A stretch of 64,000 nucleotides of DNA from Dipteris shenzhenensis. Lineage: Eukaryota. The notes under the pieces were generated by a model. That model was not told where the DNA came from. It did no database searches and saw only the letters and a list, made by a program, of their open reading frames with translations. The stretch lies in NCBI GenBank assembly GCA_047967505.1, contig CM106538.1. The stretch is one strand, 5' to 3'. The position numbers and the translations under genes were made by a program. Positions 39,431 through 51,920 of the stretch are shown here, piece by piece (the first letter of the stretch is position 1; the number at the start of each line of letters is the position of its first letter).

Positions 39431-40132
39431 AGGGTTTGGGGGTTGGGTTTAAGGTTTGGGGATTGGGGGTTTAGGGTTTAGGGTTTAGGATTTAGGAATT
39501 GGGTATTAGGGCTTAGAGTTTAGGGTTTGGGAGTTTGGGGTTAGGATTTGGGGGTTTGGGTTTTGGGTTTTGGGTTTAGGGTTTAGAAGGCCAAGATTAG
39601 GGTTTAGGTTTTAGGGATTAGGGTTTGGGGTTAAGCTTTAAGGATTAGGGTTTGGGGGTTAGGGTTTAGGGTTTAGGGCTTAGGGCTTAAGATTTATGGT
39701 TTAGGGTTTAGGGTTTGGGGTTTGGGGTTTGGGGTCTAGGGTTTAGGGTTTAGGGTTTAGGGTTTAGGGTTTGAGGTTTAGGGTTTAGGGATTAGGTTTA
39801 AGGTTTAGGGGTTAGGGTTTAAGGTTTGGGTTTAGGATCTAAGGGTCAAGGATTAGGGTTTGGGAGTTTTGGTTTAGGGTTTAGGGCTTGAGGGTTACGG
39901 TTTAGGGTTCGGGGGTTTTGGTTTAGGGTGTAGGGTTAGGGGATTCAGTTTGAGGGTTTGAGGGTTTGGGTTTAGGGTTCAGGGGTTTGGGTTTAGGGTT
40001 TAGGTGTTGGGGTTTAGGGTTTGAGGGTTTGGGTTTAGTGTTAGGGGGTTTGGGTTTAGGGTTTGGATTTTGGGTTTTGGGATAAGGGTTGAGGGTTGAG
40101 GCTTTAGGGTTGGGGGTTAGGGTTTAGGGTTT
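39431..40132 (+). repeat. Interstitial telomeric array (TTTAGGG)n, degenerate
   Basis: ~700 bp of TTTAGGG and variants (TTTGGGG, TTTGAGGG). Confidence 0.95.
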
Positions 40133-40742
40133 GCAATCAATTTGAATTTTTAGTTTTTATTATTTTTCATAAAGGAAATTTTAAATTTTGTGAGATTTTA
40201 ACTTCTTATTAATGTGAATGTTAAATTCTTATGAGTTGTAAGTCAATAAGTTTTTAAAAAAAATAGTGTCTCATTTTTTAAATTGTTTGTCTCAATAGTA
40301 ATTGTCTTTTTTAAACTTGCAACCTAATTATATTAAAAATAACAATGGAAAGAAATTATTTCTTGCTTTTAACTCGCCACCTAAGCATATTAAAAAGAGC
40401 AATGGGAAAGAAATTATTTCTTGCTTTTATTCACTTCGACAGTTGGTGTAGTGTAGATTAGCATAGATTAGTTTATCCTTAGAGGAGAGAACTCTAGAAA
40501 AACCAATCAAAGCCATGCTCAAAATTTCCCGACTGATTCCTAATCAGAGTTAGTCTATTCGTTCACATGCGGTTTCACACTCACAACAATCTTACCATTT
40601 AAGCAACGATCAAGGTTTTAAAACTTTCAAGATGATTTGAAGTTGTATCAGTGGATAGGACAGATTACAGTTGTATTAGTCATGGGAGTGGACAGAGCAG
40701 TTTAATAAATTTGTGCCAATTGTGGGAGTTGACAAAGCATAT

Positions 40743-41316
40743 TATTAAATGACATGAAGCAACGGAATAGAAACTGAACAAAGAATAGAGAGTACACAGC
40801 AAAACTAGATATGAACAAAAATTTCCTTCAATACCGATGTAGAACAGATGATGGCTCCGTCCACTTGTCCGCTCCCACAGTGGAGCTTAGATGGCAATCT
40901 AGATAGATACTAGGTGAAGAGCTACTAGTTGGAAGATATGATCTGATCTGATACAATGGATTAGGGAGGTCACCTCTTTATAGCTATGAGGGCGATAGTC
41001 GGATCAATGTAGTCGGAGGAGTCGACCAGTCGACCTAGTCGGTGGAGCCAACCTATCAACCTAGTCGGTGGAACCGACTAGTCGTCCATGGAATATTCAA
41101 GGAATATTCCCTATACCATCAACGGTCTCATTGATAAACCTCATCACCTTTCTACCATCAATGGTCTCATTGATAGACCTCATCTGACATGCAAGTCAGG
41201 ATCCATCCAGCGTCCCAGGCTCACACATGGCTTCTCCTCATATGGGAGCCTTACAACTTGAGCATCTTGGACCACTGGTGGTTACCAGGAGGGTGGGGCA
41301 TTGAGCATATCTAACA
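40743..41316 (-). mobile_element. Solo LTR of Copia family A
   Basis: Reverse complement of the 15280/20031 LTRs; TSD CATAT at 40738-40742 and 41317-41321. Confidence 0.93.
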
Positions 41317-42261
41317 CATATTGCACTTGTATCAGAGAGACTTCAGATTTGTATCCGATTGTAATTTATTTCATTTTACACTATCCATGAGTTCATTGTA
41401 AATCCTTATTTTGTTTTTCACATTTCTGCATGTATCTAAGCCTTGTAAAGCCTTTTAGGCTATTTCCAAAGCATGAAATTCACACTTATACCATTGGGGT
41501 GAATGAAAACTTGAGGTTTATCAATGGGACTCATTGCACTTTTGATTTATCAAAGTAATTATAGTTTTCATGCAAAAGTAAATTATATTATTTGTACCTA
41601 AAATTTTTGTTATGCTTTAATATAGAAGAGATATAGAATGAGTCTACAACATTTGTCAATGGTATGACACTGAAATACAATGGAAAGTTTATGCCCCAAA
41701 GGACTTCACAAACTGGACCGTTGTGTACACCACAAAGAAAGCATGGTTATTGGTACTAAGCAAAGGAAATCTCATTCTAGTGATGACAAAGAGAGAGCTA
41801 GGGAAAGATGACCAAGCATCAGATGTATCTTTCTCAATGAGAAATTTGATTCAAGGGGGCACCTTACTAGGAATAAAAATTGAAAAAGACAGAAATACAA
41901 TGATGATTTACACAAAGTCAAGAATGAGCAACAGATTGTTACTTCTTTCAAAGAAAGATGCAATGCACTTTGTGATGCCACCTCCAAAAGCACCTAGATT
42001 TCCTAAATTGGTTCCTACATTGGAGATTCTTGAACATGTGTGGCAGGAATTTCCCATCGAGGAAGCAAGAAAAATGCAGTAAAAGATAATCACTACAAGG
42101 CATAGGCCATTTTCCAACGGAAATACTGACGCTTTTTACATTAAAATTTTTTTTTCACAGGTGCAAACATCGCTATAAAAGTCGCTAAAAGCGTCAGAAA
42201 AGGACCATCACTATAAAGCATCGCTATATAGTGACGCTGGCAATCATCGCTATATAGCGAA

Positions 42262-42544
42262 GGGCCAAAAGGAAGCCCTGTTTAGCCCCACTAACCCTTT
42301 TTTTTTACTTCTGTTAATCGTCGCTATATAGCGACGTTTACCAGTGTCGCTATATAGCGACGATTAACAATGTCGCTATATAGCGACGTTTAGCGTCGCT
42401 ATATAGCGACGATCAAACATCGCTATATAGCGACATTGTTAATCGTCGCTATATAGCGACACTGGTAAACGTCGCTATATAGCGACGATTAACAGAAGTA
42501 ACAAAAAAGGGTTAGTGGGGCTAAACAGGGCTTCCTTTTGGCCC
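42262..42544. repeat. Near-perfect 283-bp inverted repeat built of palindromic GTCGCTATATAGCGAC units
   Basis: GGGCCAAAAGGAAGCCCTGTTTAGCCCCACTAACCC... pairs with ...GGGTTAGTGGGGCTAAACAGGGCTTCCTTTTGGCCC. Confidence 0.93.
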
Positions 42545-44308
42545 TGTTTAGCCCCACTAATCCTTTTTTTTTTTTTGTAATTACAAAAGAAAGTTTTTTA
42601 TAACAAAATTTCCCTTGCTTGCAGGGTGATACAAAATTGTTCTTGTGAAATGATGAGTAACAAATGCATATACATTTCGGACATATACAACAGTGTTTGT
42701 AACAAAATTACCCTTTCCAAAGGGCGATACAAAATTGCTCAAATGAGCGGATATATAAAATGCTACTACCACTACTACTCATCCGAATCCAAATCATCTT
42801 CGTCTTGTTGGCCTATTCCTTGGTCCTCGACACCTGTGTCTTCTCCCTCGTCATCGCCACCTGTGTCTGATCCTTGGCCTTGTTGATCGCTTGCCTCTGA
42901 TGATGGGACGCTTGAGCTTTGACCCTAAGAGTGAACCATATAAATCGAAAATTAGATTGGAACTTAAATTAAAAAGTGAGATTACAAGTAGGAGTAAACT
43001 TATACTGTGCAAGCAGCCACCTCAGCCCAATCAACCGTCGCTCCCATTGCCTCTTGCTCAATGAACCATGGCTTTGTCCCTATCTGAAATGCACGTCGTG
43101 TCTCTGCATCTGTAGGAAGACGGCCCATCGCAGCTTGCTGTGGATCCAATTTACGAGAGTTAGAGTTAGCTAACGTGCATGTAATATGTAAGTAAAACAA
43201 ATAGAACAATACATTAAATGAGAAGAAGTAGACTTACCACGATTGTCTCGAACGCATACCGTCCGCCTGCACCAAAGTGCGAAGTACCTACGATGTCCAG
43301 CCGTCTCTTCGCAGCCCTCCTCTGACCATCGAACATTTCGAGATGGTCCCTATGTTGCTTCTTGAAGTACTTCCAATCAGCTTTGTCTGCCCAACTCGGT
43401 TTAGCCAACCCCTTTGTGATGGAAGTACGCAAGGTTGATCTACGATGCTTCAGGACCAAACCCATGTGCTCTCGCATATAATTGTCATTAAACTCCACAT
43501 TTGGCAGATTAGGGTATCTTCATTTAAACTCATCGATCACCGCCTGCTTCTTTTGGCCATCTTGATACCGCCAATCGGTATTTATGCCGCTCTTGAAGTG
43601 ATGACTCATCAACCTCCTCATGGTGGCCATCCTTCTTTGCCCTTTTTATCTTCTATTATCTCTTCGGCAGATGTGATTTGATAGAAGAGATCCCCTAATG
43701 AGTAAGGGGGACTGACGGTAGCAGAGTCTGAAGGAGTGGAACATGCGCGAGCGCTTCCGGAGCGAGGAGTAGCAGTGGGACTAGGAGAGGGAAAGGGACC
43801 TGACTGATACTGTGTCTTTGGACCAAGTGGAGACCTAAAGGAGCCTGAGTGTGCTGACTCGTCTACATCTCCCGAGTCAGCACAACATGAGCCGTCCATC
43901 CTACTCTTCCTTCCCTTGTGAGAGGCATGCACAGGTGATGATCCCCCGGTCGAAGGGGCGCGAGGGGATGGCTAGCAGTACGTCCACCCGTCGGTGTAGG
44001 GGAAGGAATTGCTGAGGTCCTCTGAGAGAGTAGAGAGAAGAATCTCGCTACCTCCTCATCGCTCATCTGCACTACAAACTCGTCGGGACTCCCGACAAAG
44101 ACATGCATGGCTAGCAAAGGAGTTTCCCGAGGGGTAGTCGTAGTGCTACATGGAAGAGGAGTCAGGGGTAGTCGTAGTGCTAGGTCCGAGAGGAGTCCGA
44201 GTCCTCGGGGTAGTCGCTTGAGAGGAATCAAAGTCCTCTGGAGCATATAGATCGTGAGCTCTCCTACTGCGAGGCTATCCGTACTCGTCGGATGAGCGAC
44301 GTGATCCC

Positions 44309-47300
44309 TGTTAGAGTTAGCTCCAATGTCCACCTCTCTTGTAACCCACCAATATTCTGTGTACCCAATGTTGTAAGGCCCCCATATGAGGAGAAGCCAT
44401 GATGGGTATCGGATATTGGGAGGGATCCCCAGTTTAGACACTGGAAGGGGTCTTAGAGTAGACCAGATGGTTATGAGACGGCTTAGGAGCCAAGAGTAGA
44501 TACCCGTCTGCACAAAGGGGGGGTTTGGGGGGGCGATAGCCCCCCCGATAGCAGGGGGTCTGGGGGGCGCAGGCCCCCGGTGGGGGTCTAGGGGCAAAGC
44601 CCCCAGTGGCAGGGTCCGGCAGCCCCCAGGCCCGACGGTATGACCTATGCGCGATCCTTCATCTACCCGACGGCATGTTTTCTGAAGGGTCGGTTGGTCT
44701 TTCAGGCCGACTGTCTATTAGGCCGACTGCCTATTACAGGGCCGACCGTCAACCACTTACACTATATAAGTGGCCACCCCCTATCATCAGATCGCCAGTT
44801 CTTCATGCTCATAGTCCTCCGTCCAGCATCTGTCTAGATCACCATCGAAGCTCTGTCTGTAGAGCGCACGGGTGGACAGCCAACCATCAGTTGTATCAGC
44901 AGTTTGGTATATCAAAATTTTTTTGTATTCTCTCCAGCTTTCCATCGTGTACTTGCGTTTTGTTGTTATCTTCCGCTGCGTACTATTTTCTTACATGGTA
45001 TCAGAGCTCAGGCTATCTGAGTAACGACTTTATTGCAAGTTCAACGAGCTTTGTTAGCAAAGGCTACTAGGAGTGATGGCTGCACCAACCCCGTTGCGAA
45101 TTCGTCCACCTGCCTTCAATGAAGGCAAGCTCGATGGGACGAATTATACTTTGTGGAAATTCAAGATCAGCGCGATCTTGGATTCATATGAGCTTCTGGA
45201 TACTGTTCTGGGATTGGATCCAGAACCGGTTGGATCACCGAATCCAAACAACCCCAACGTCATAACACCACCGAATGCAGATCTTCTTCAGGCATGGAAA
45301 CGAAGGAACGCAGATGCACTCTGCGCTCTTGTTACCAGTTCAAGTGATTCTGTTTTGACTCTGATTCAGCATACAGACAAGGCAAGTGAGGCTTGGAACA
45401 TACTGAAAGGTCAGTATGAAACGCGGAATCAGACCAGAATTCAAAATTTGGAGAATATGCTTGCTGCAGAGAGGTGCTCTGATGGAGAATCAGCTGAGAC
45501 ATTCATCACACGGATCAAGAATCTACGTGATCAGATGGCGGCGGTTGGGATTACAAAGACCAGCGAAGAGTTGGCCAGAAGGTGCATTCGGATCCTTCCA
45601 CAAAAGTACGATGCGTTGGTTACGACACTCAACACGCAGGTAAGAAATCCACCCCTCACTTTTGAAGAGTTCAGTGCGATGCTTCTAGAGGAGGAGATGC
45701 GAATGAAGACCCGCGATGGCGGAAGTGATGCAGCATTCTCAACCACATCCAAAGGGAAGGGTGGAGAGAAGAAGAATGGTAAGAAGAAGAAGTTTTCAGG
45801 TAAGTGCCACTACTGCAACAAAAGCGGTCACATGATCAAGGATTGCAGAAAGAAGCAGCAGGACGAAAAGAATGGCACTACACAGTCTTCTTCGAAAGGC
45901 AAGGAATCTGCCAACATAGTTGAAACTGAGTTGGAGCTATGGGTTGCAATTGAAGAAATATGCTCCTCAACAGAAGTTTCAACAACGAATGATTCGTGGC
46001 TCCTTGATAGTGGAGCGTCCCGTCACATGACCAGAAAGAAGGATTGGTATAGCTCTTTCAAGCCTCTACAAGAGCCCATGAACGTGACGGTCGGTAATAA
46101 TGCAAAATGCCCTGTGGAAGGTACAGGTACTATCTCTCTTTCCATTCAAGAGTGTGAAACTAAAGAGCTTTCTGATGTATTACTAGTTCCTCAGCTAAAG
46201 AAGAACTTGCTTTCGGTTGCTGCGATAACTGATCGCAACTTGGAGGTGCGTTTCAAGAGGACCGGAGCAGAAATCCTTAATGCAGTGGGCAAGGTGGCCG
46301 GCAAGGCAGTAAGGAAGAACAATCTCTACGAGATGACGGCACTAACAGTCTCTTTAGGAGTGGGCATCAGTAAGGTATGGCATGAAAGATTTGGTCATCT
46401 TAGTTATCCTATTCTTTTGGAAATGCAGAAAACAGGGATGGTTGCACACTTGCCTGCACTCTCAAAGGTGCAGGAACCTTGTGAAGCTTGTATGATGGGC
46501 AAGCAACAAAGGAAGGCTTTTCTACATGAGAGCGGCTATCGAGCAAAGGCTCCTCTAGAATTGGTTCATGCTGATCTCAGTGGGAAAGCTCCGACTCAAG
46601 CTTTGGGGGGATGTAACTACTATATGCTTATCGTCGACGACTACAGTAGATACATGTGGGTGTATTTTTTACGAGATAAGGCTGAAGCTCTTGGAAAATT
46701 CAAACAGTGGCAAAAGATGGTGGAAAACGAAAGCGGGCTGAAGGTAAAGAAGCTTTGCACGGATCGAGGAGGAGAGTTCCTGTCAAAAGAGTTCGACACA
46801 TACTTGCATGAGAATGGCATTAAGCGCCAACTCACGACTGCACATACTCCGCAACAAAATGGTGTTGTAGAGCGTCGCAATCGTACTGCCATGGAGATGG
46901 CACGATGCATGGCACTAGGTAAAGGATTGCCTAAGTCTTTTTGGGCTGAGGCAGTCAATACAGCAGTCTACATCCTCAATCGAAGCTTCACAAAGGCCTT
47001 GACGGGCAAAACACCTTTGGAGGCTTACTCAGGTAAAAAGCCTTCCGCTTCTCATTTCAGAACATTTGGATGTGAGTGCTTTGTTCATGTTCCAGATAGC
47101 ACCAGAAAGAAATTAGATCCAAAGAGCAGAAAGTGTATCTTCATGGGCTATAGCCAGGAGTCAAAGGCATACCGGCTATATGATCCAGAGGCAAAGAAGA
47201 TCGTGGTCAGTCGTGATGTGGTGTTTTGGGAATAGCCACATACAGTGGAGGAGGAGGTATGCCCTTCCACTTTATCATCAGCCGTAAAAGTAACTCACCT

Positions 47301-49802
47301 TGTGCCCGTATCTAAAGCAGAGTTGCAGAATGAGGAGTACTTCGAGGAACAGACTCCACCAACACCACAACATGCCTTGGCTCCACAAGGTAAGCCACTT
47401 CCAAAGTGGGCAAGGCAGCTCTTTGATGAGAAGAATCCGGTTCCAGACTTGGCAGAGTCATCTGCAGATGGACTTCGACGATCAAAGAGGATAGAGGAGC
47501 AGAAAAGGGCTTCTGAACACATAGTCAATATGGCCTTGATGGCTGAGATTATGAAAGTTCAAGAGCCTATGAATTTGGATGAGGCAATGACGGATCCAAA
47601 TTGGAAAGCTGCCATGCAAGAGGAGTATGACAGCATCATGAAGAATCAGACTTGGGACTTGGTTGATCGTCCAGAAAAAAGGAAGATCATTGGTACCAAA
47701 TGGGTATGGAAGGCCAAGTACAAATCTGATGGATCTTTGGAAAAGTACAAGGCTAGGCTTGTTGCACAAGGATACTCTCAAGTTGAAGGCTTTGATTTTG
47801 AGGATTCCTTTGCTCCTACAGCAAGGATGACAACTATTCGGGTGGTACTTGCCTTGGCTGCTCATAAGCAGTGGCTGGTGTTTCAAATGGACGTGAAATC
47901 TGCATTCTTGAATGGACATCTCAAGGAGGAGGTATATGTGTTCCAGCCACCAGGATTTGAGGTGCCCAATTCAGAGAACAAGGTTTGCAGACTAAAGAAG
48001 GCATTGTACGGGCTGAAACAGGCCCCAAGGGCATGGTACCAACGGATTGATAGCTTTCTCATATCTTTTGGTTTCTCAAAAAGTGCTTCTGATGCTAACC
48101 TGTATGTTTGTAAGCAGGATGGCAAGTATGTGGTAATAGTCCTTTATGTGGATGACTTGATCATCACAGGAGATCATGAGAAGATGCTGCAATAGTTGAG
48201 GGAGTCGTTGAGTTCCGAGTTTGAGATGACAGATTTGGGGCTCATGCACTTTTGCCTCGGCATTGAGGTTTGGCAAAAACCTGGCAGGATTTTCATCTCT
48301 CAGCAGAGATATGCTCTCGAGATCTTGAAGGCATTCGGTATGACCGAGTGTAAGGACGTGGTCTCTCCCATGGAGGTGAATGGTAAGCTCTCAGTGGAGG
48401 ATGCATCACCACTTGTCGACATCAAGGAGTATAGGAAACTTGTGGGGAGTCTCATTTTTCTGTGCAACACTAGACCTGATATCAGCTTTGCAGTTGGTGT
48501 ACTTAGTAGGTTCTCAAATCAACCTCGAGAGAACCATTGGAAAGCAGGGATGCGTGTGCTAAAGTACGTGAAAGGTACACTGGAGTATGGCATTACCTAC
48601 AGAGCAGGGAAGACCTTGGCGGGTTACTGTGACTCAGATTGGGCGGGAGATTATGATTCTAGAAAGTCAGCTTCTGGATATTGTTTCTCACTTGGTTCAG
48701 GAGTGTTCTCTTGGATTAGCAAGAAGCAACCAACAGTGGCACTATCTTCGACGGAAGCTGAGTACAAGGCAGCATGCATTGTTGCTTGTGAAGCAGTTTG
48801 GCTAAGGAGGATCCTGCAAGACATAGGAGTTCCAATCGAAGATGCGACGGTTCTAAAATGCGACAATCAGAGTTGCATGGCCATCGCAAAGAATCCTGTG
48901 TTCCATGCTCGTACAAAGCACATAGAGATCCAGTATCACTACGTACGAGAGCTCATCGAGGATGGAGTCATAGAGCTGGAGTATTGTCCCACAGAGGACA
49001 ATTGCGCAGACATCTTCACGAAGGCTCTTGGGAGTGATTTATTGTTGCGGCATCTACATCGACTCGGCATTGGTCTGAACACGTAGTTCATCTTCGGGTG
49101 AACATTGAGGGGGGGTGTTAGAGTTAGCTCCAATGTCCACCTCTCTTGTAACCCACCAATATTCTGTGTACCCAATGTTGTAAGGCCCCCATATGAGGAG
49201 AAGCCATGATGGATATCGGATATTGGGAGGGATCCCTAGTTTAGACACTGGAAGGGGTCTTAGAGTAGACCAGATGGTTATGAGACGGCTTAGGAGCCAA
49301 GAGTAGATACCCATCTGCACAAAGGGGGGGTTCGGGGGGGCGATAGCCCCCCTGATAGCAGGGGGTCCGGGGGGCGCAGGCCCCCGGTGGGGGTCTGGGG
49401 GCAAAGCCCCCAGCGGCAGGGTCTGGCAGCCCCCAGTCCCGACGGTATGACCTATGCGCGATCCTTCATCTGCCCGACGGCATGTTTTCTGAAGGGTCGG
49501 TTGGTCTTTCAGGCCGACTGTCTATTAGGCCGACTGCCTATTACAGGGCCGACCGTCAACCACTTACACTATATAAGTGGCCACCCCCTATCATCAGATC
49601 ACCAGTTCTTCACGCTCATAGTCCTCCTTCCAGCATTTGTCTAGATCACCATCGAAGCTCTGTCTGTAGAGCGCACGGGTGGACAGCCAACCATCAGTTG
49701 TATCAGCAGTTTGGTATATCAGAATTTTTTTGTATTCTCTCTAGCTTTCCATCGTGTACTTGCGTTTTGTTGTTATCTTCCACTGCGTACTATTTTCTTA
49801 CA
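44309..49802 (+). mobile_element. Young full-length Ty1/Copia element, family C (related to A)
   Basis: 687-bp LTRs 44309-44995 and 49116-49802 (about 18 substitutions counted by eye); TSD ATCCC; PBS 44996-45007; PPT ~49107-49115. Confidence 0.98.
45073..49086 (+). pseudogene. Copia gag-pol polyprotein, single frame with two TAG stops (47233, 48193)
   Basis: ORFs 45073-47235, 47245-48195 and 48196-49086 are in frame: CHYCNKSGHMIKDC, LLDSGAS, HHCC, TDRGGEF, YVDDL, DSDWAG, ADIFTKAL. Confidence 0.96.
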
Positions 49803-49829
49803 ATCCCATGTCTAACATAGACACAAACA

Positions 49830-51920
49830 CGAAAACAAAAAACAAAAAAACAAACATAAGCATAGGCATAGGCATAGGCATAGGCAAGAAGAAAGAAGAG
49901 GGAAAGGAAAGAGGGAAAGAAGATGGAAAGGAAAGAAGAGGGAAAGGAAAGAGAAGAGGAAGAAAAGGGAAATAAAGAATAAGAGTTAGAGAGAATAAGC
50001 TCATGCTTATGCTTATGCAGAAATAGAGAATGAGAGAAGGGGGAAATAGAGAAGGGGAAAGAGATGAGGGGGAATGAGCTTATGCGGAAATAGAGAATGA
50101 GCTTATGCGGAAATAGAGAATGAGAGAAGCTTCTCTCGTTCTCTATTTCCGCATAAGCTCATGCATAAGAGAAAGCTTGTGCGGAAATAGAGAAATAAAG
50201 AAGGGGGAAAGCTTATGTGAATGAGAGAAGGGGGAAAGAGATGAGGGGGAATGAGAGAAGCATAAGCATAAGCATGAGCTTCTCTCATTCTCTATTATGT
50301 TTCTCTCCTTCTCTATTTCCGCATAAGCATAAGCATGAGCATAAGAGTGGGAAATAGAGAATGAGCTTATGCGGAAATAGAGAAGGAGAGAAGCATAAGC
50401 TCTTGCTTATGCTCATGCGGAAGTAGAGAGAAGGAGCTTATGCGAAAATAGAGAATGAGTTTCCGCATAAGCTTCTCTCATTCTCTATTTCCGCATAAGC
50501 TCATGCGCATGCATGAGCATAAGCATGAGCTTATGCTTATGCTTATGCATAAGCATAAGCTCATGCTTATGCTCATGTAGAAGTAGAGAAGGAGCTTATG
50601 CGGAAATAGAGAATGAGTTTCCAGAGAATGAGTTTCCACATAAGCTTCTCTCATTCTCTATTTCCGCATAAGCTCATGCATAAGCATAAGCTTATGCGGA
50701 AACTTAAGCATAAGCTCATGCTCATGCATTAGCATAAGCATGAGCTTATGCTCATGCGGAAATTGAGAAGGAGCTTATGTGGAAATAGAGAATGAGTTTC
50801 CACATAAGCTTCTCTCATTCTCTATTTCCGCATAAGCTCCTTCTCTACTTCCGCATGAGCTTATGCTTATGCTTATGCTGAAACTCATTTTCTATTTTCG
50901 CATAAGCATAAGCTCATGCTCATGCATGAGCATAAGTAGAGAAGGAGCTTATGCGGAAATAGAGAATGATTTCCGCATAAGCTTCTCTCATTCTCTATTT
51001 CCGCATAAGCTCATGCATAAGCATGAGCTTATGCAAAAACTTAAGCATAAGCTCATGCGCATGCATGAGCATAAGCATGAGCATAAGCATAAGCTCTTGC
51101 TTATGCTCATGTGGAAGTAGAGAAGGAGCTTATGCAGAAATAGAGAATGAGTTTCCACATAAGCTTCTCTCATTCTCTATTTCCACATAAGCTCATGCAT
51201 AAGCATGAGCTTATGCGAAAACTTAAGCATAAGCTCATGCGCATGTATGAGCATAAGCTCATGCTTATGCTCATGCGGAAGTAGAGAAGGAGCTTATGCG
51301 GAAATAGAGAATGAGCTTATGCGGGAAATAGAGAATGAGGGAAATAGAGAATGAGGGAAATAGAGAATGAGCTTATGTGGAAATAGAGAATCATTCTCTA
51401 TTTCCGCATAAGCTCATGCTTATGCATAAGCTTATGTGGAAATAGAGAATCATTCTCTATTTCCGCATAAGCTCATGCTTATGCATAAGCTTATGTTGAA
51501 ATAGAGAAATAAAGAAGGGGGAAACTTAAGCATAAGCTCATGCTCATGCTCATGCATGAGCATAAGCATGAGCTTATGCTTATGCTTATGCTTATGCTTA
51601 AGCATTAGCATAAGCATAAGCTCATGCTTATGCTCATGCATGAGTATGAGCTTATGCGAATGAGAGAATGGGAAAATAGAGAAGGGGGAAAGAGAGAAGG
51701 GGGAATGAGAGAAGCATAAGCATAAGAGAATAAGAGGGAAAGGAAATAGAGAATAAGAGGGAAAGGAAAGAGAGAAGGGAAAAGAGATGAGGGGGAAATA
51801 GAGAAGGGGGAAAGAGAGAATAAGAGAAGAGGGAAAAAATAGAAGGGGGAAAAAAGAGAATAAGAGAAGGGGGAAGAAGGAAAGAGTGGGAGGGGAAGAG
51901 AGGGTTTCTACGCCCATCAC
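49830..51920. repeat. Complex simple-sequence array (GCATAA/TTATGC hexamers plus GGAAATAGAGAATGAG units in both orientations)
   Basis: Direct reading; purine-rich tracts at both edges. Confidence 0.9.

Larger units (their letters stand above)
42775..49809 (-). pseudogene. CACTA second gene (TnpA-like), disrupted by Copia C just after its ATG
   Basis: RYPNLPNVEF..HFGAGGRYAF, GRLPTDAET, acidic last exon. Removing 44309-49807 restores acceptor-ACATGGGATCACGTCGC (MGSRRSSDEY). Confidence 0.72.

Noticed and set aside
39431-40132. True chromosome end
   Set aside because: The array is short, degenerate and flanked by ordinary sequence on both sides; the same holds for 57842-58635.
43863-45070. ORFs of 244 aa (-) and 154 aa (+) spanning the Copia LTR, and their twins at 49054-49820
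   Set aside because: Chance frames through GC-rich LTR sequence and the insertion junction.
47233-48195. Programmed stop-codon readthrough in Copia pol
   Set aside because: The paralogue has CAG at both sites and the stops are not at a gag-pol boundary; simple nonsense mutations explain them.
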